Origin: Felis catus
Lineage: Eukaryota
Direction: 5' to 3'
DNA length: 64,000 bases
Assembly (NCBI RefSeq): GCF_018350175.1
Contig: NC_058368.1
Location: 101,124,001 to 101,188,000 of the forward strand
A model generated the notes under the pieces. It did no database searches. It was not told the DNA's origin and worked only from the letters and a program-made list of their open reading frames with translations. A program made the position numbers and the translations under genes. This document shows, piece by piece, positions 25,630 to 37,050 of this stretch (position 1 is the first letter of the stretch; each line of letters starts with the position of its first letter).

Positions 25630-26215
25630 TCCTGTGAGCTTCTTTAGATGCCTGAGCTCTTGTACTGGGGCTCCAGCTGCACAGTCAGCCCCCTTGCCCT
25701 GCATCTCTAAGAGGACACACTTTGGACTAAGTGTGACAGGGGAAGGGTGTCACGAAGGGGTATCTGTCACCCCCTCCCCCCATGACTTCGGTCCTCATTA
25801 GGGTATTTGAAATTCCTTTAAGAGCGCACACCTCTTTGAAGGATCACTTGGAGATAAAGCTCAAAATGCACATATTCTTTCTGGAGTAATACTTTGACCT
25901 AGGTTCACAGCTCCCAGGATCCTAGTGAGGGGAACCCTGGGCCTGGAAGAGAGGGCTTGAAACCTGTTGGAGGGAGAGCCACAGTTACCTTGAGGGAAGA
26001 ATGAGGATAGTGACAGCCCTCAGCAGGGGCCAGATATGGGGGTTGGGGTGGGAGGAAGAACCCACATTCGCAGAGAGGCAGGTATGCCCGGCTCTGGTAG
26101 CCTCTGCCCGTGCCCTTGACAGAAGTCTCCATCTAGGCGGCCTCCCCTCTGCAGAGACTGTTGAGCTGTTGTATTCTATTGTCTGTTTTCTCCCTCTCTT
26201 CCCCCCCCTCCTTCC

Positions 26216-26393
26216 TTTTTGAGGGAGAGAACCCTGTAAAAGGGGCAGAGAGAGAAGGAGAAAGAATCCTAAGCAGGTTTCATACTGTCAGCACAGAGCC
26301 CAAAATGGGTCTCACTCCCACAAACTGTGACATCATGACCTGAGCTGAAATCAAGAGTTGGATGCTTCACTGACTGAGCCACCCAGGCGCCCC
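26216..26393 (-). mobile_element. Can-SINE, older subfamily
   Basis: catgacctgagctgaaatcaagagttggatgc...ccaggcgcccc. Confidence 0.9.
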
Positions 26394-26619
26394 TGTTGGG
26401 CATTTTTAAGAGAAATGTTAATTTTGGCCAGTGAGGCAAAAAAGCACACACTTTCAGCCTACGTTGCATCTTTTAAAATTGTCATAGTTGGGTTCAACTC
26501 TGCTTTTGCTATGTGGGTCTTCCCAAAGAACAGATAGACGTGGTCCAGCACTTAAAACTTAGTTACCTAGAAGGCATCCTGTCCTTTGATCTATATCCTT
26601 CTGACTGTGGGTTTGTCTA

Positions 26620-26785
26620 CATACCCATCCACAAAATGGTCCACACCTCTGTCCTTACATGCATCCACACCTCTGTCCGTATCTCTGTCCACACCTCCAT
26701 CCACACTTGCGTGCACACCTCCACCCACACCTCCATCCATATCTCCATCCAGCCGTCCAACCAGCTAGCCAGCCAACCCGCCAAC
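26620..26785. repeat. Degenerate TCCA-based repeat with about 12-bp periodicity (tccacacctctg / tccacacctcca)
   Basis: Directly visible; abuts an L2 3' end and probably derives from its tail. Confidence 0.85.
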
Positions 26786-26900
26786 TGATATTTGTTGAAC
26801 ACCGGGCACTACGGTATGCCAGGCTCTGTGTTAATCACTAGGAATACTGTGGCAAATATGACCGAGTTCGTCTCTGCCTTCATTGAGGTCAGAGTCTGGC
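26786..26900 (-). mobile_element. L2 3' end
   Basis: atatttgttgaacac...tatgccaggctctgtgtt...tctctgccttcattgagg. Confidence 0.7.
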
Positions 26901-27129
26901 AGATTTTAATCAGATGTTTGTTCAAGGCTGCCTTCACCAGTCCAGAATTTGGTTAAATAACTACTTTGAACTCCTTTTTTTTTTTTTTTTTTTTGCAAAA
27001 TAGTGATGGATTACCCTTCCTCCCCGTAGGAACCCCATTTTATGCACACAGAATGTCCCATGGTTATGTGGCGAAATCTACAGATTGTGGTGCCAGAATA
27101 AATGTCTTCTGATGTGCTTTTTGCGTGTA

Positions 27130-27245
27130 TGTTTCCTGTTGAACTGTAAATTCCTTGAGGGGTGGGGACCGGGCCTTAAGTTTTTCCTGCCCTGCGCCGA
27201 GCATGGTTGCTGGCACATGGTAACTGCATACTAAATGTTGAAACA
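27130..27245 (+). mobile_element. L2 3' end
   Basis: actgtaaattccttgagggg...gctggcacatggtaactgcatactaaatgttgaa. Confidence 0.7.
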
Positions 27246-28379
27246 GCACTGTCTGGGAGATCAGGCGCCCACATTTGAGGCTCACTGTTACATCGCCTTC
27301 TGTCCTGGGTGCCTCATCTTCTGGATACTGATGGGAAGGAGCACTGTGGCAAACCACTGTATTCATTCATTCCTTCCAGACAGATAGGTTCTGAGAACCC
27401 CAGACCCTTCCCTCTCCCAGGGATGAGTCTGTCTCTTGCTCTAGGACGGACTTAGATTTCTTTCGGTTTTTTTTTGTTTTGTTTTGTTTTTTCCTGCGAG
27501 CAGTTATCTTTGGAAGACAGCTGTCTAAGGGCCCAACCTGGGGGGCCAGGCTTGGTCTAGGCCGCTTGTGGTCTTTATACTCCCACACTTTATACTCACG
27601 AGTACTCTGACTCTGGATATTGGCTGCATCTCTGCCATTGTCCTCTGATCCAGGGTAAGATGGTCTAAGTTGAATGTGTTGCTCAGCACTGTCTTGACTT
27701 GACGTAAGGAATGTCTCCTAAATCATCTAAGGTCTGAAAATATGTCTTTTGCTCTGGCCGCATGGTCATTTTCCCCTTAATAAAGTGTGTCTGACAATCA
27801 CACTTTATTGGTGTGGTGAGGAAAAGAATGTCGTAGACTTGGGAAAACATAATAATTTAAGGAGTGACACATTTCAGTGAAGAAATAAAGCCGTAGACTG
27901 CTCTGAAAAGAAGTAAAACCATAGGAAACCATTACGTCATTGGGACAAACATTCAGTGCCTTCAGAAAGCTCTTGACTAAAAAAAGCAGGTGAGCTCTAG
28001 GGCCTGGTGTGCGTTGGGACTACGCATACATGGAAGTAGGTTTTCTCCCAGGGACATTCCCTCTACAAACATTCCCTACTTAGTACCTTGTAAGTATTTA
28101 ATGTGATTGCTAACGTCGCCGTTTGCGCCTAGGCTCTGGTCCAAGCTGCTTCTTGGAAATCGTACTCCTCAGTAGCTACCATGCTGAGCTGTAAAATTAG
28201 TAATGGTTTTCACCAAGGCCTGTATGGTGTCATACTCAGTAGAATTTATAAACCAGGAATTTCTACTCCAGTAAGGGTTGAATACTACTCCTTAAGACCC
28301 ACTGCACGAACCATAGCTCCTTCAGATCACACTGATTGTATTTCTGGGATTGTTTTAACAACATAAAGTTCCTCTTTCC

Positions 28380-28558
28380 GGGGTGCTTGGGTGGCTCAGC
28401 CAGTTAAGCGTCCGACTTCGGCTTAAGTCATGATCTCATGGTTCATGGGTTCGAGCCCCGTGTTGGGCTCTCTGCTGATAGCTCAGAGCCTGGAGCCTGC
28501 TTTAGATTCTGTGTCTCCCTCTCTCTCTCTCTGTTTCTCCCCTGCACATGCTCTGTCA

Positions 28559-28616
<58 letters not shown>

Positions 28617-28635
28617 AAAATAGACATTAAAAAAA
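28380..28635 (+). mobile_element. Can-SINE (left unit of composite)
   Basis: Full head, expanded (CT)n and tail. Confidence 0.95.
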
Positions 28636-28714
28636 CAGAGCAAACATTAAAACTTTGGTTATTCATACTCATTCAGAATAATGGGCATAGGTTAAAGCAA
28701 AACTATGCTTCATT

Positions 28715-28935
28715 GGGGCACCTGGGTGGCTCAGTCGGTTAAGCATCTGACTTGAGCTCAGATCATGATCTCAGGGTTCATGGGTTCGAGCCCTGCGTCG
28801 GGCTCTGTGCGGACAGCTCAGAGCCTGGAGCCTGCTTCGGGTTCTATGCCTCCCTCTCTCTTTGTCCCTCCCCTGTGTGCGCGCGCGCGCTCTCTCTCTC
28901 TCTCTCTCAAAAATAAATAAATGTTAAAAAAAATT
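28715..28935 (+). mobile_element. Can-SINE (right unit of composite)
   Basis: Full element, followed by a copy of the sequence that precedes the left unit. Confidence 0.95.
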
Positions 28936-29576
28936 TAAAGTTCCTCTTTCCTATTTCCTTGCCCTTTTTAACACTGATCCTTTCTCACATGTAGCACATT
29001 GTTGTGGTTGTTTATATCTTTCTCGAAATCCACCTTTCATTGAGAAAGGAGGACGAGTAACTGAGCATGTGTCCCAGCCGGGGTCTGAGATGAGTCACAC
29101 GGGTGCACAGCAGGACTCTGACGCTGGGCACTGAGGTCCAGTGCTGCCGATCCCTTTCCATCTCAGCAAAATGAAAATGAGAGAGAAGAGCCGGAAAGAG
29201 AGGGTAGAGCGGGGAAGTGTGCTGTGTTACCCATTCATTTCAGTATACGGAGAAAAGCATAGTGATAACGTGTCCTGCCCTTTGTTTATAGCACGCACAG
29301 TTCATGGCAGCAGTCTGTATAACCCTCCGCTGGCACTTAATAACTAGGAGAAGATACAGGCTTTCTTGATTGCTTAGATCTAAATGTTTATTCGAGCTTT
29401 CAGGAGCATTTTCCTTCATTTACAGAGTTCTCTCTGATGAACGAATATCCATTTAAAATGTGGGCTCTGTACATATGAAGCAGGTTTTCACAGGCTCCAA
29501 ATTTACTTCATTTGTAAACATATTTAGTGGAGGTCAGGGCTTCTTATTGGTTGCTTTGATTAAAACTGGGTTTTTA

Positions 29577-29802
29577 GGGGCACCTGGGTGGCTCACTGGG
29601 TTGAGCCCCCAACTTCAGCTCAGGTCATGATCTCGCAGTCTGTGAGTTCGAGCCCCATGTGGGGCTCTGTGTGGACAGCTTGGAGCCTGGAGACTGCTTT
29701 GGACTCGCCGTCTCCCTCTCTGCGCCTACCCCACTCATGCTCTGTCTGTCTGTCTGTCTGTCTCTCTCTCGAAGATAAACATCAGAAGAAAAAAAATTTT
29801 TA
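29577..29802 (+). mobile_element. Can-SINE
   Basis: Full element. Confidence 0.93.
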
Positions 29803-29878
29803 AACTGAATTGAGGCAGTTTTTAAATGGGTAGATTGTGACAGTTCGTCAGAGACATTCATGCTGATACTTTAAAAAA

Positions 29879-30081
29879 TTTTTTTTAATGTTTATTTTTG
29901 AGAGAGGGAGAAAGTGTGAGCGGGGGAGGGGCAGAGAGAGAGGGAGACACAGAATCGGAAGCAGGCTCCAGCCTCTGAGCTGTCCGCACAGAGCCCGACG
30001 CGGGGCTCGAACCCACGAACCGTGAGATCATGACCTGAGCCAAAGTCAGATGCTAAGCCAACTGAGCCACCCAGGCGCCCC
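29879..30081 (-). mobile_element. Can-SINE
   Basis: TSD tc(a/g)tgctgatacttt. Confidence 0.95.
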
Positions 30082-31437
30082 ATCGTGCTGATACTTTTAA
30101 AAAAGGGTCAGGGTAGGAAGAAATTGCTGCCTGAAAATATTTCCAAGGCTGTCCTCGGCACCGGAGGATTAACCATCTTTTCCTTCCTAGCGTTGATGTC
30201 GTATGGGCACTGGAGACAGCTGTGTGCTATGGATATTATTGCTGTGACGGAGGAGAGGGAGAAAGATAGGATTGCAGCAGAGCCCGTGGATGGCACCAAG
30301 CCAGTGCTCTGAAAAATGGCAGACGTGTCACAGCTAACAGCTGGATGCAGAACTATTTCTCTTTAATTTGGACGGAGAAAATTTTTTTCACAGCAGGGCG
30401 CTCTCCGAAGAGTACAACATCAAAGAGGGCGGGTCTCACCAGTCAGACATGGGCTGGCTCCAGGATGGAGCAAAATGAATGAACTGTCAGGACTTTCCAG
30501 CGTAGACCGTGCTGCCAAGTGAAAAGTTAAAGGTTCAGTGGCTTGTTCAGATCACAGACAGAGTCCTGATAATGGAAGCCTGATTCCCCCCAAAGTCTTC
30601 CTCTGATCAACAGACAGGGGATGTCTGAAGAAGACTCCAGATTGATGGATGGCAGGCCTCCTATCGACGGCCGCCGCTGTCCTCGGAGATAAGTGGGATT
30701 CACTCAGTGCCCTACCGCTCGGCTCCCGGGAGTTCTTGGGTCTCCGGGCGGGAATCTTCCCAGCTGCCCATTGTCTTCTTCCAGCCCGCCACTTAGCAGC
30801 GGCTGGCCCGCAGTGTGACCAAAATATCCATTTGTGTGGCTTCACATGGCCAGCTCTCTTGCTGCAGGCTTCACGAACACCACGACGGGTGTTTTACAGT
30901 TTATTGACACTTTTCAACTGTTTTTCTGATGACCATATTTCAGTCTTGACGTATATGTTAGTATTATCTGCAAGCTCCACATAAACCTCTAATGATTTTC
31001 TAATATTTCTGGAACTTGATGAATGGGAATTGACAGAGTACAGTATATAGCTTTATATCAGCATTACTGAAAATACAACAACGGTGTATATAACCATTAC
31101 TCATTTATTTTATGGGGCGTTTATTACTTGACCTTTGAAGCCTCGTCTTAAAATCTTGGCATTCCAGACATTCCAAAATAGGCCAAACCAAAGGGAGAGC
31201 AAAGGGTTTGCCTTTTAGAAATAACAGCACAGTAAGTTCATTCTAATGGAAGGAGGAAGGGGAAATTGTCGACATGAGAAACCTGTAGTTAGATATTTGA
31301 GGTAAAAGCTGAAAACGAGTAGATACGGGCACACGAGCCGCTTTGTGCTCGAATCAAGAATCTTTCCTTCTAAAATAGGCTTCTTCATCTGCAGACTTCA
31401 GTCTCACCCAGTTTTTTGATGTTCTGTGTCGTCATTA

Positions 31438-31650
31438 TTTTTTTTTTACTTTTTTAATGTTTATTTTTGAGAGAGAGAGAGAAAGGCAGAGCATGAGCGG
31501 GGGAAGGGTAGAGAGAGAGAATGAGAGAGGGAGACACAGAATCCAAAACAGGCTCCAGGCTCTAGGCTCTGAGCTTTCAGCACAGAGCCCAGCGCGGGAC
31601 TCAAAACCCAGTAACAGCAACATCATGACCTGAGCTAAAGTCGGGTGTCC
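31438..31650 (-). mobile_element. Can-SINE lacking its normal 5' head
   Basis: Body intact to aagtcgggtg, then a C-rich tract; TSD gtcattatt. Confidence 0.9.
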
Positions 31651-31999
31651 CCCCCCCCCCACCCGCCCACCGGGTCATTATTACCCCTGGAAGGAGAGTG
31701 AGTTTTCACAGAATTGGGGAGTTGTATCTCTCCTGAATTGCATGGTGGCTTTGTATCAGTTTTACTAACAGATTAAGTAATTCTCAGTAAAGGGGCGTTT
31801 GCTCTGAAAATAGGGGTTTGTTTCACACATGACATTATTAATTGTTATGTACATTTTTATGAGCCTCACTCGGAGAATTTCTGATGCTTTTAAAGAAAAC
31901 GCTTTCCATTTCTCCCTGATAGAACAAACGGGAGATGATGGAAAAAAGCCATAAGGGAGTGGCTGGCCTGTGACTCAGGGGGCATTTGTCCTGGTCACT

Positions 32000-32170
32000 T
32001 GTTTGTATAGATTGCATGTCTGGGGGCAAGTCCTTTAACCCTTGTTAGCCCAAGGTTTCTCGTCTGTAAAACAGAGTAATGGTCCATCCCACCTGCTAGG
32101 TCCGTTATGAGCCTCAAATAAGCTTAGGACAGTATGTTATAAACTAAAGTACCATACAGATGTGTATAAT
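32000..32170 (+). mobile_element. MIR
   Basis: ggggcaagtcctttaacccttgttagcccaaggtttctcgtctgtaaaac. Confidence 0.75.
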
Positions 32171-32229
32171 GCAGTCATTCACTGCTGTTCCTTCTTTGTG
32201 TTAAGGAGGATGGAGATTCGCTCCTCATT

Positions 32230-32444
32230 TAAAAAAAAATTTTAATGTTTATTTATATTTGAGAGAGACAGACAGAATGCGAGTGGGTTAGGGGCGGAGA
32301 GAGAGGGAGACCCAGAATCCGAAGCAGGCTCCAGGCTCCGAGCCATCAGCACAGAGCCCGACGTGGGGCTCAAACTCATGAGCTGTGAGATCATGACCTG
32401 AGCCGAAGTCGGTTGCTCAACCGACTGAGCCACCCAGGTGCCCC
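32230..32444 (-). mobile_element. Can-SINE
   Basis: Full element. Confidence 0.95.
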
Positions 32445-33133
32445 GATACTCTCTTCGTGTTTAAAGCATTGCTCAGTGGCCTCTTTTCTCAAGCTTTGAT
32501 CTAGCTTGATTTAAAAATCTACGCTCAAAGAGGTTGGGAGCCCACAGTGCCGGGGTTCCTGCTGTTTTCCTCTCGAGACTGGGAGGCAGTGGCCCAAAGC
32601 CCTGACTCACAGAGCTCCCTGTCGATCTGATGCACTAGGCTGCCATCCGTACATGTCCCCTGCTCCTTATCCAGTATGCTTGATTGCTCAGATGGCTCGC
32701 CTACCTTGGTTGTGTTCAGTGTTCGCAGAGGAACGAGGCGCTTGCTATACGTTTGGGGCCTCCCCTGGCCAAATAATGTCACTGACTTCAGAGGTCAAGC
32801 AGTGCTACGTAGTAGGTGATGTTCAATGAGGGGGTTTTGGGGTCTCAAAGCCACAGTTAATTAAAACGCATGGAAGGACTGCCTGTTCATTATAAATAGG
32901 CTCCAGGTGTGTTCTGAAGGCGGTGAGGTACCTGTGTCTTTGGGATGACATTTTTGTAACCCTGCATTAAAACCAAAGACTGAGTAAGCTTAGGAGATGG
33001 GAAATTTAGCACTGAAGAGGTACTTCCTTAGCGTTTTCTGTGAGGTGTTCTCATCCATCCAGCACTTTAAAATACTTTGTTTTATCGTTTAATAGGCTCA
33101 TCTGGGAGATAAAACTAGAATATCTATTCTGGG

Positions 33134-33379
33134 TTTTTAAAATTAATTTTTTAATGTCTGTTTATTTTTGAGAGAGAGACAGAGAGACAGAGAGAGGGAG
33201 AGCCTGCGCGCCCGCATGAGCAGGGGAGGAGTCGAGAGAGGGAGGCACAGAATCCAAAGTAGGCTCCAGGCCCCCATCTGTCCACACACAGCCTGATGCA
33301 GGGCTCGAACCCACGAACTGTGAGATCGTGGCCTGAGCTGAAGCCGGACTCTTAACCGACTGAGCCACCCAGGAGCCCC
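33134..33379 (-). mobile_element. Can-SINE
   Basis: TSD tag(a/g)atatct. Confidence 0.95.
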
Positions 33380-33762
33380 TAGGATATCTGTTTTATTCAT
33401 ACACCTTGCTTGTGTCGTTTCGGATCCGTTTCTTCTCTCTTTCTGTCTTTCAGCAGAAGCTGATTTCTTGGTCTGTGTAAAGACTCGCATAAGGTGCCTG
33501 TGGGTAAATTTAAAAAGCAATTACAGTGTATTCCTGCCCCCCCGTGAGCTTACAGGCTGGTCAACCCTAGCAGCAATGAGTCTTCTTACATTATACATAC
33601 TATCTTGTGGTCAGGGGCCACCATCTGGTTGGTTGGTCATATTTGGGCTGAGGTTTAATTATAGTGATGGCCTAAGGATAGCAGATGTTCTTATACTGAG
33701 TGCCCAGCTCTGGTTTAAGAACTTCACATACACCGGCCCATTTGATTTTTATATTCGCCTGT

Positions 33763-33957
33763 ATTTTTTTTAAGTTTATTTATTTATTTTGAGAGACAGC
33801 ATGAGCATGCATGGGAGAGGGGCAGAGAACAAGAGAATCCCAAGCAGGCTTCTTGATGTCAGCCTGACGTGGGGCTCGATCCCACAAATTGTGGGATCAT
33901 AATATGAGGTGAAACCAAGAGTCGGACACTTAGCCAACTGAGCCACCCAGGTGCCCC
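33763..33957 (-). mobile_element. Can-SINE (older subfamily) inserted in a MIR (about 33680-34115, -)
   Basis: MIR sequence continues on both sides (agaggttaagtcactgtctaaggtcac). Confidence 0.88.
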
Positions 33958-34506
33958 TCTATTAGCCCTTTGATGTAGGGACTATCATAAGCACCATTTC
34001 TTCAACGAAGGTCTCAGCATCTTCAAGAGGTTAAGTCACTGTCTAAGGTCACTTGGTTACTCAAGGGGGAGCCAGGCTTACAACTCCACATGCCCTTCCC
34101 AGTTGCTCTTAACCAGAGTGACTGCTGTGGCATGTTTTCCCTGGTAATACTTAAGAAAGTCCCCCTAACAACCATACTGTTGAAAGTAAGAGTTTTGATT
34201 TAGCAGCAGAGGTATTCTGGTTTGTAAGTGTTCACGGTCAAAACAGTGAAGAATTATTCTTTGTGGCATTAGTTGTGTTAGCTCTCCCTGAGCCACAAAA
34301 TATTTGCTCCCTGCCCCTCCTGACCCAGAGGAATCCCACAGTAAAACGTTATTATGCATCTTGGCAAACAATATATTTTTTCAGTTGAGGTTCTCAAATC
34401 CCTAATACACTTGCTTATTGAAACCTTGCTTTTCTGAATTTTACAGAAAGAGGGGGCCAGATGAAGGCACTGTGGAGAACAGGCAGAGAAGATAAGAGAA
34501 ACCATC

Positions 34507-34716
34507 TTTTTTTTTTCATGTTTATTTATTTTTGAGACAGAGACAGAGCATGAACGGGAGGAGGGGCACAGAGCAAGGGAGGCACAGAATCCGAAAGAGG
34601 TTCCAGGCTCTGAGCTGTCAGCACAGAACCCGACGCGGGGCTTGAGCTCACGGACTGTGAGATCATGACCTGAGCGGAAGTCGGATGCTCAACCAACTGA
34701 GCCACTCAGGCACCCC
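34507..34716 (-). mobile_element. Can-SINE
   Basis: Diverged TSD aagagaaaccatcttt / aagacaaaccgtcttt. Confidence 0.95.
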
Positions 34717-35499
34717 AAGACAAACCGTCTTTGTAGCTCTTCTTCCCTGCGTCCTCCGTGTGCTTAGGTTTTCAGATCTGAACCCAAAACCCCCCAAAGA
34801 CCACTTCTTGGCTCTTGTTGTAACAGTTGTTGATTACATTTCAATAATCACATGCAATGTGTCTTTGCATTTCATAGAATTGGCAGAAGTTAGGTTCAAG
34901 GAGGGTGTAATATTTTCTTTTAAAAAGCCCTGGTGGATAGTGTTCGGAATGGAGTTTAATTGCATTTAGCGGTGATTTTTTTCCCTCAGGCTTCGAGTAA
35001 AAGCTAAGATCTTTAGGAAGCGGCAGAATTATTGTGAAAATTCATTTCCGTTCATTGCAGCGTGTTTTGAGGTCCTCCTCCGGGCACGTGCCAGGCCCCG
35101 TGTTAGACGTTTGGGCATAGAATATGCTCCGTCATGTCAGCCACCCGGTAAAGAGTGAAAGTGGCTGGCATTTCAGCACACAGCCAAATGCTGGTGTCTG
35201 GGGCCTGGGCACAGGGACAGGCCAAGGTGTGGAAATGAAAGAGGGGGCCAGAGATGTCTCCCTGCTCACTGAAAATTGGCTAATCGTTTTCCTGTAAAAC
35301 CTTGGGGATCTTTTTTTTTTTTTTTCTTTCCATGCCAAAGTTCAAGGACCCAGGTTCTGGAAGGAACAGATTAGTATTTATGCTATTATAATGCATGGTC
35401 CTTTGGTCTGCAGTCACTGGCTCTTTTCAGGGTACTTGGAACAGTGGATGAGGTGACCCAGGCATGGCATCTCCCAGTGGGAAAGCAGAGGTATGGAGG

Positions 35500-35652
35500 C
35501 TGGAAGAAGGCCTGGAGATGAGGCCTCCGTCTGCCACTGACTAGTAGTCTCGCTTTGTCTAAGCCACTAACTTTTGGAGCCCCCGTTTTCTTAGGTCAAA
35601 CCTGATCAGTTTGGAACAGATGGTCTCTGAGGTCCCTTCCAAATCTGATTCT
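35500..35652 (+). mobile_element. MIR/MIR3-like
   Basis: tctgccactgactag...ggtctctgaggtcccttccaaatctgattct. Confidence 0.65.
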
Positions 35653-36687
35653 CCTGGGCTTTAAATTTAGCCAAGGTCCTCAGCGTCCTAGCAGAAGAAT
35701 GGGCGACCGAAATCTTCACGGAGGTCTGTCCACCGGAGAAAGTGCTCTGCCTGTGGTGTTTTTTCAGACCGGTCCCCCCAGTTCACTGCGAGCCCTTGGT
35801 GATGTCCCAGCAGCCGCCTCCAAGAGCAGGGGTGAGGTTAGGTGAGCTGGCTGGGCGCTTTCTGGCAGACTTTCTTTTGATCTGTTTTTATAGTGAAATT
35901 ACTTTTATAACTTCTTTGACTTCAAGGGGGTCCTTTGGTTAAAAAGATCATTGAAAGCCTCTGCTGGTACGAATGAAAGAAATGAACCCAGCTCTCTCAC
36001 TCCCTGGAAAACTACAGCACAGAAAGCTTGGATCCCAATCAGATGGGCTTCTGGGCAGCACAGGCGTAATGAATGTTTGCCGTGTTTCCAGGTTATCAGT
36101 TCAAAAGGGTTTCCTTCAGAGTGCCCCCAGCTGTCACAGACTGATTTTTAGTCATACCAATAATTCCTTTAGGGCTGGGATTACAGACTGAAATCCTTCA
36201 TGAGGCCAAGCTGATAAGTAAATTACTGAAGTTGGGAGCATGTAAGACAATAGGGAGTGGTGCAGAACCACAGGGTTGGCCTAAAGGGGGTGATCTTTTC
36301 TCCGCCTCGGTGGATTATTGCCAGAGAGTGGGGACTCACCTTCTGATTGTACTTTTTGAGAACAGTTGGAAATTTCCAAGTTTTTAAAACACGGTGGAAG
36401 AAAAACCAAGTTGGCCACGTGCCCAAGTCCAGCCCGAGAGCCCGCTGGGTTTGCAACTCTTGCTTCAGAGAAACTGATGGCTCAGAGCCACCGATATGTA
36501 CAAATTACTGTCATTCAGAAGGAGGTTTTACTGCTTTTTATAAATTAAAAATGAGCCCAACTTACTTGCTTCCTTACATTGTTTCTATGATGATGATTAT
36601 CATTAAATGTAAATTGGCAACATTCACAAATGACAGAGCTGTGGACAAACCACTCAGGATTAGGATGTATAACACAACCTGGGTGGA

Positions 36688-36910
36688 TTTTTTTTTTAAT
36701 TTTTTTTCTACGTTTATTTTTTGGGGGGACAGAGAGAGACACAGCATGGACGGGGGAGGGGCAGAGAGAGAGGGAGACACAGAATCGGAAGCAGGCTCCA
36801 GGCTCTGAGCCATCAGCCCAGAGCCTGACGCGGGGCTCGAACTCACAGACCGCGAGATCGTGACCTGGCTGAAGTCGGACGCTTAACCGACTGCGCCACC
36901 CAGGCGCCCC
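36688..36910 (-). mobile_element. Young feline Can-SINE (SINEC_Fc-like)
   Basis: Same diagnostics as 5181-5398 (ctggctgaagtcgg, gactgcgccaccc); CpGs intact. Confidence 0.97.
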
Positions 36911-36913
36911 GTG

Positions 36914-37050
36914 TTTTTTTTTTTTATTTTTTAAGCTTATTTATGTATTTTGATAGAGCACGAGTCGGGGAGGGACGGGGGGTGGGGTGTGGAAATTCCA
37001 GGCAGGCTCTGTGCTGTCAGCTTGAACTCAGGAACCGGGAGATCATGAAC
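36914..37050 (-). mobile_element. 5'-truncated older Can-SINE; the young SINE sits at its tail
   Basis: ttccaggcaggctctgtgctgtcag...gagatcatga. Confidence 0.75.

Noticed and set aside
26620..26785. Coding His/Pro or HTS repeat
   Set aside because: A decayed tetranucleotide-derived repeat at an L2 tail that stays open in several frames.
3090..31182. Perfect CArG boxes at 3090, 17424, 25203 and 31173
   Set aside because: A rough composition-based estimate gives about five per 64 kb by chance, matching the number seen.
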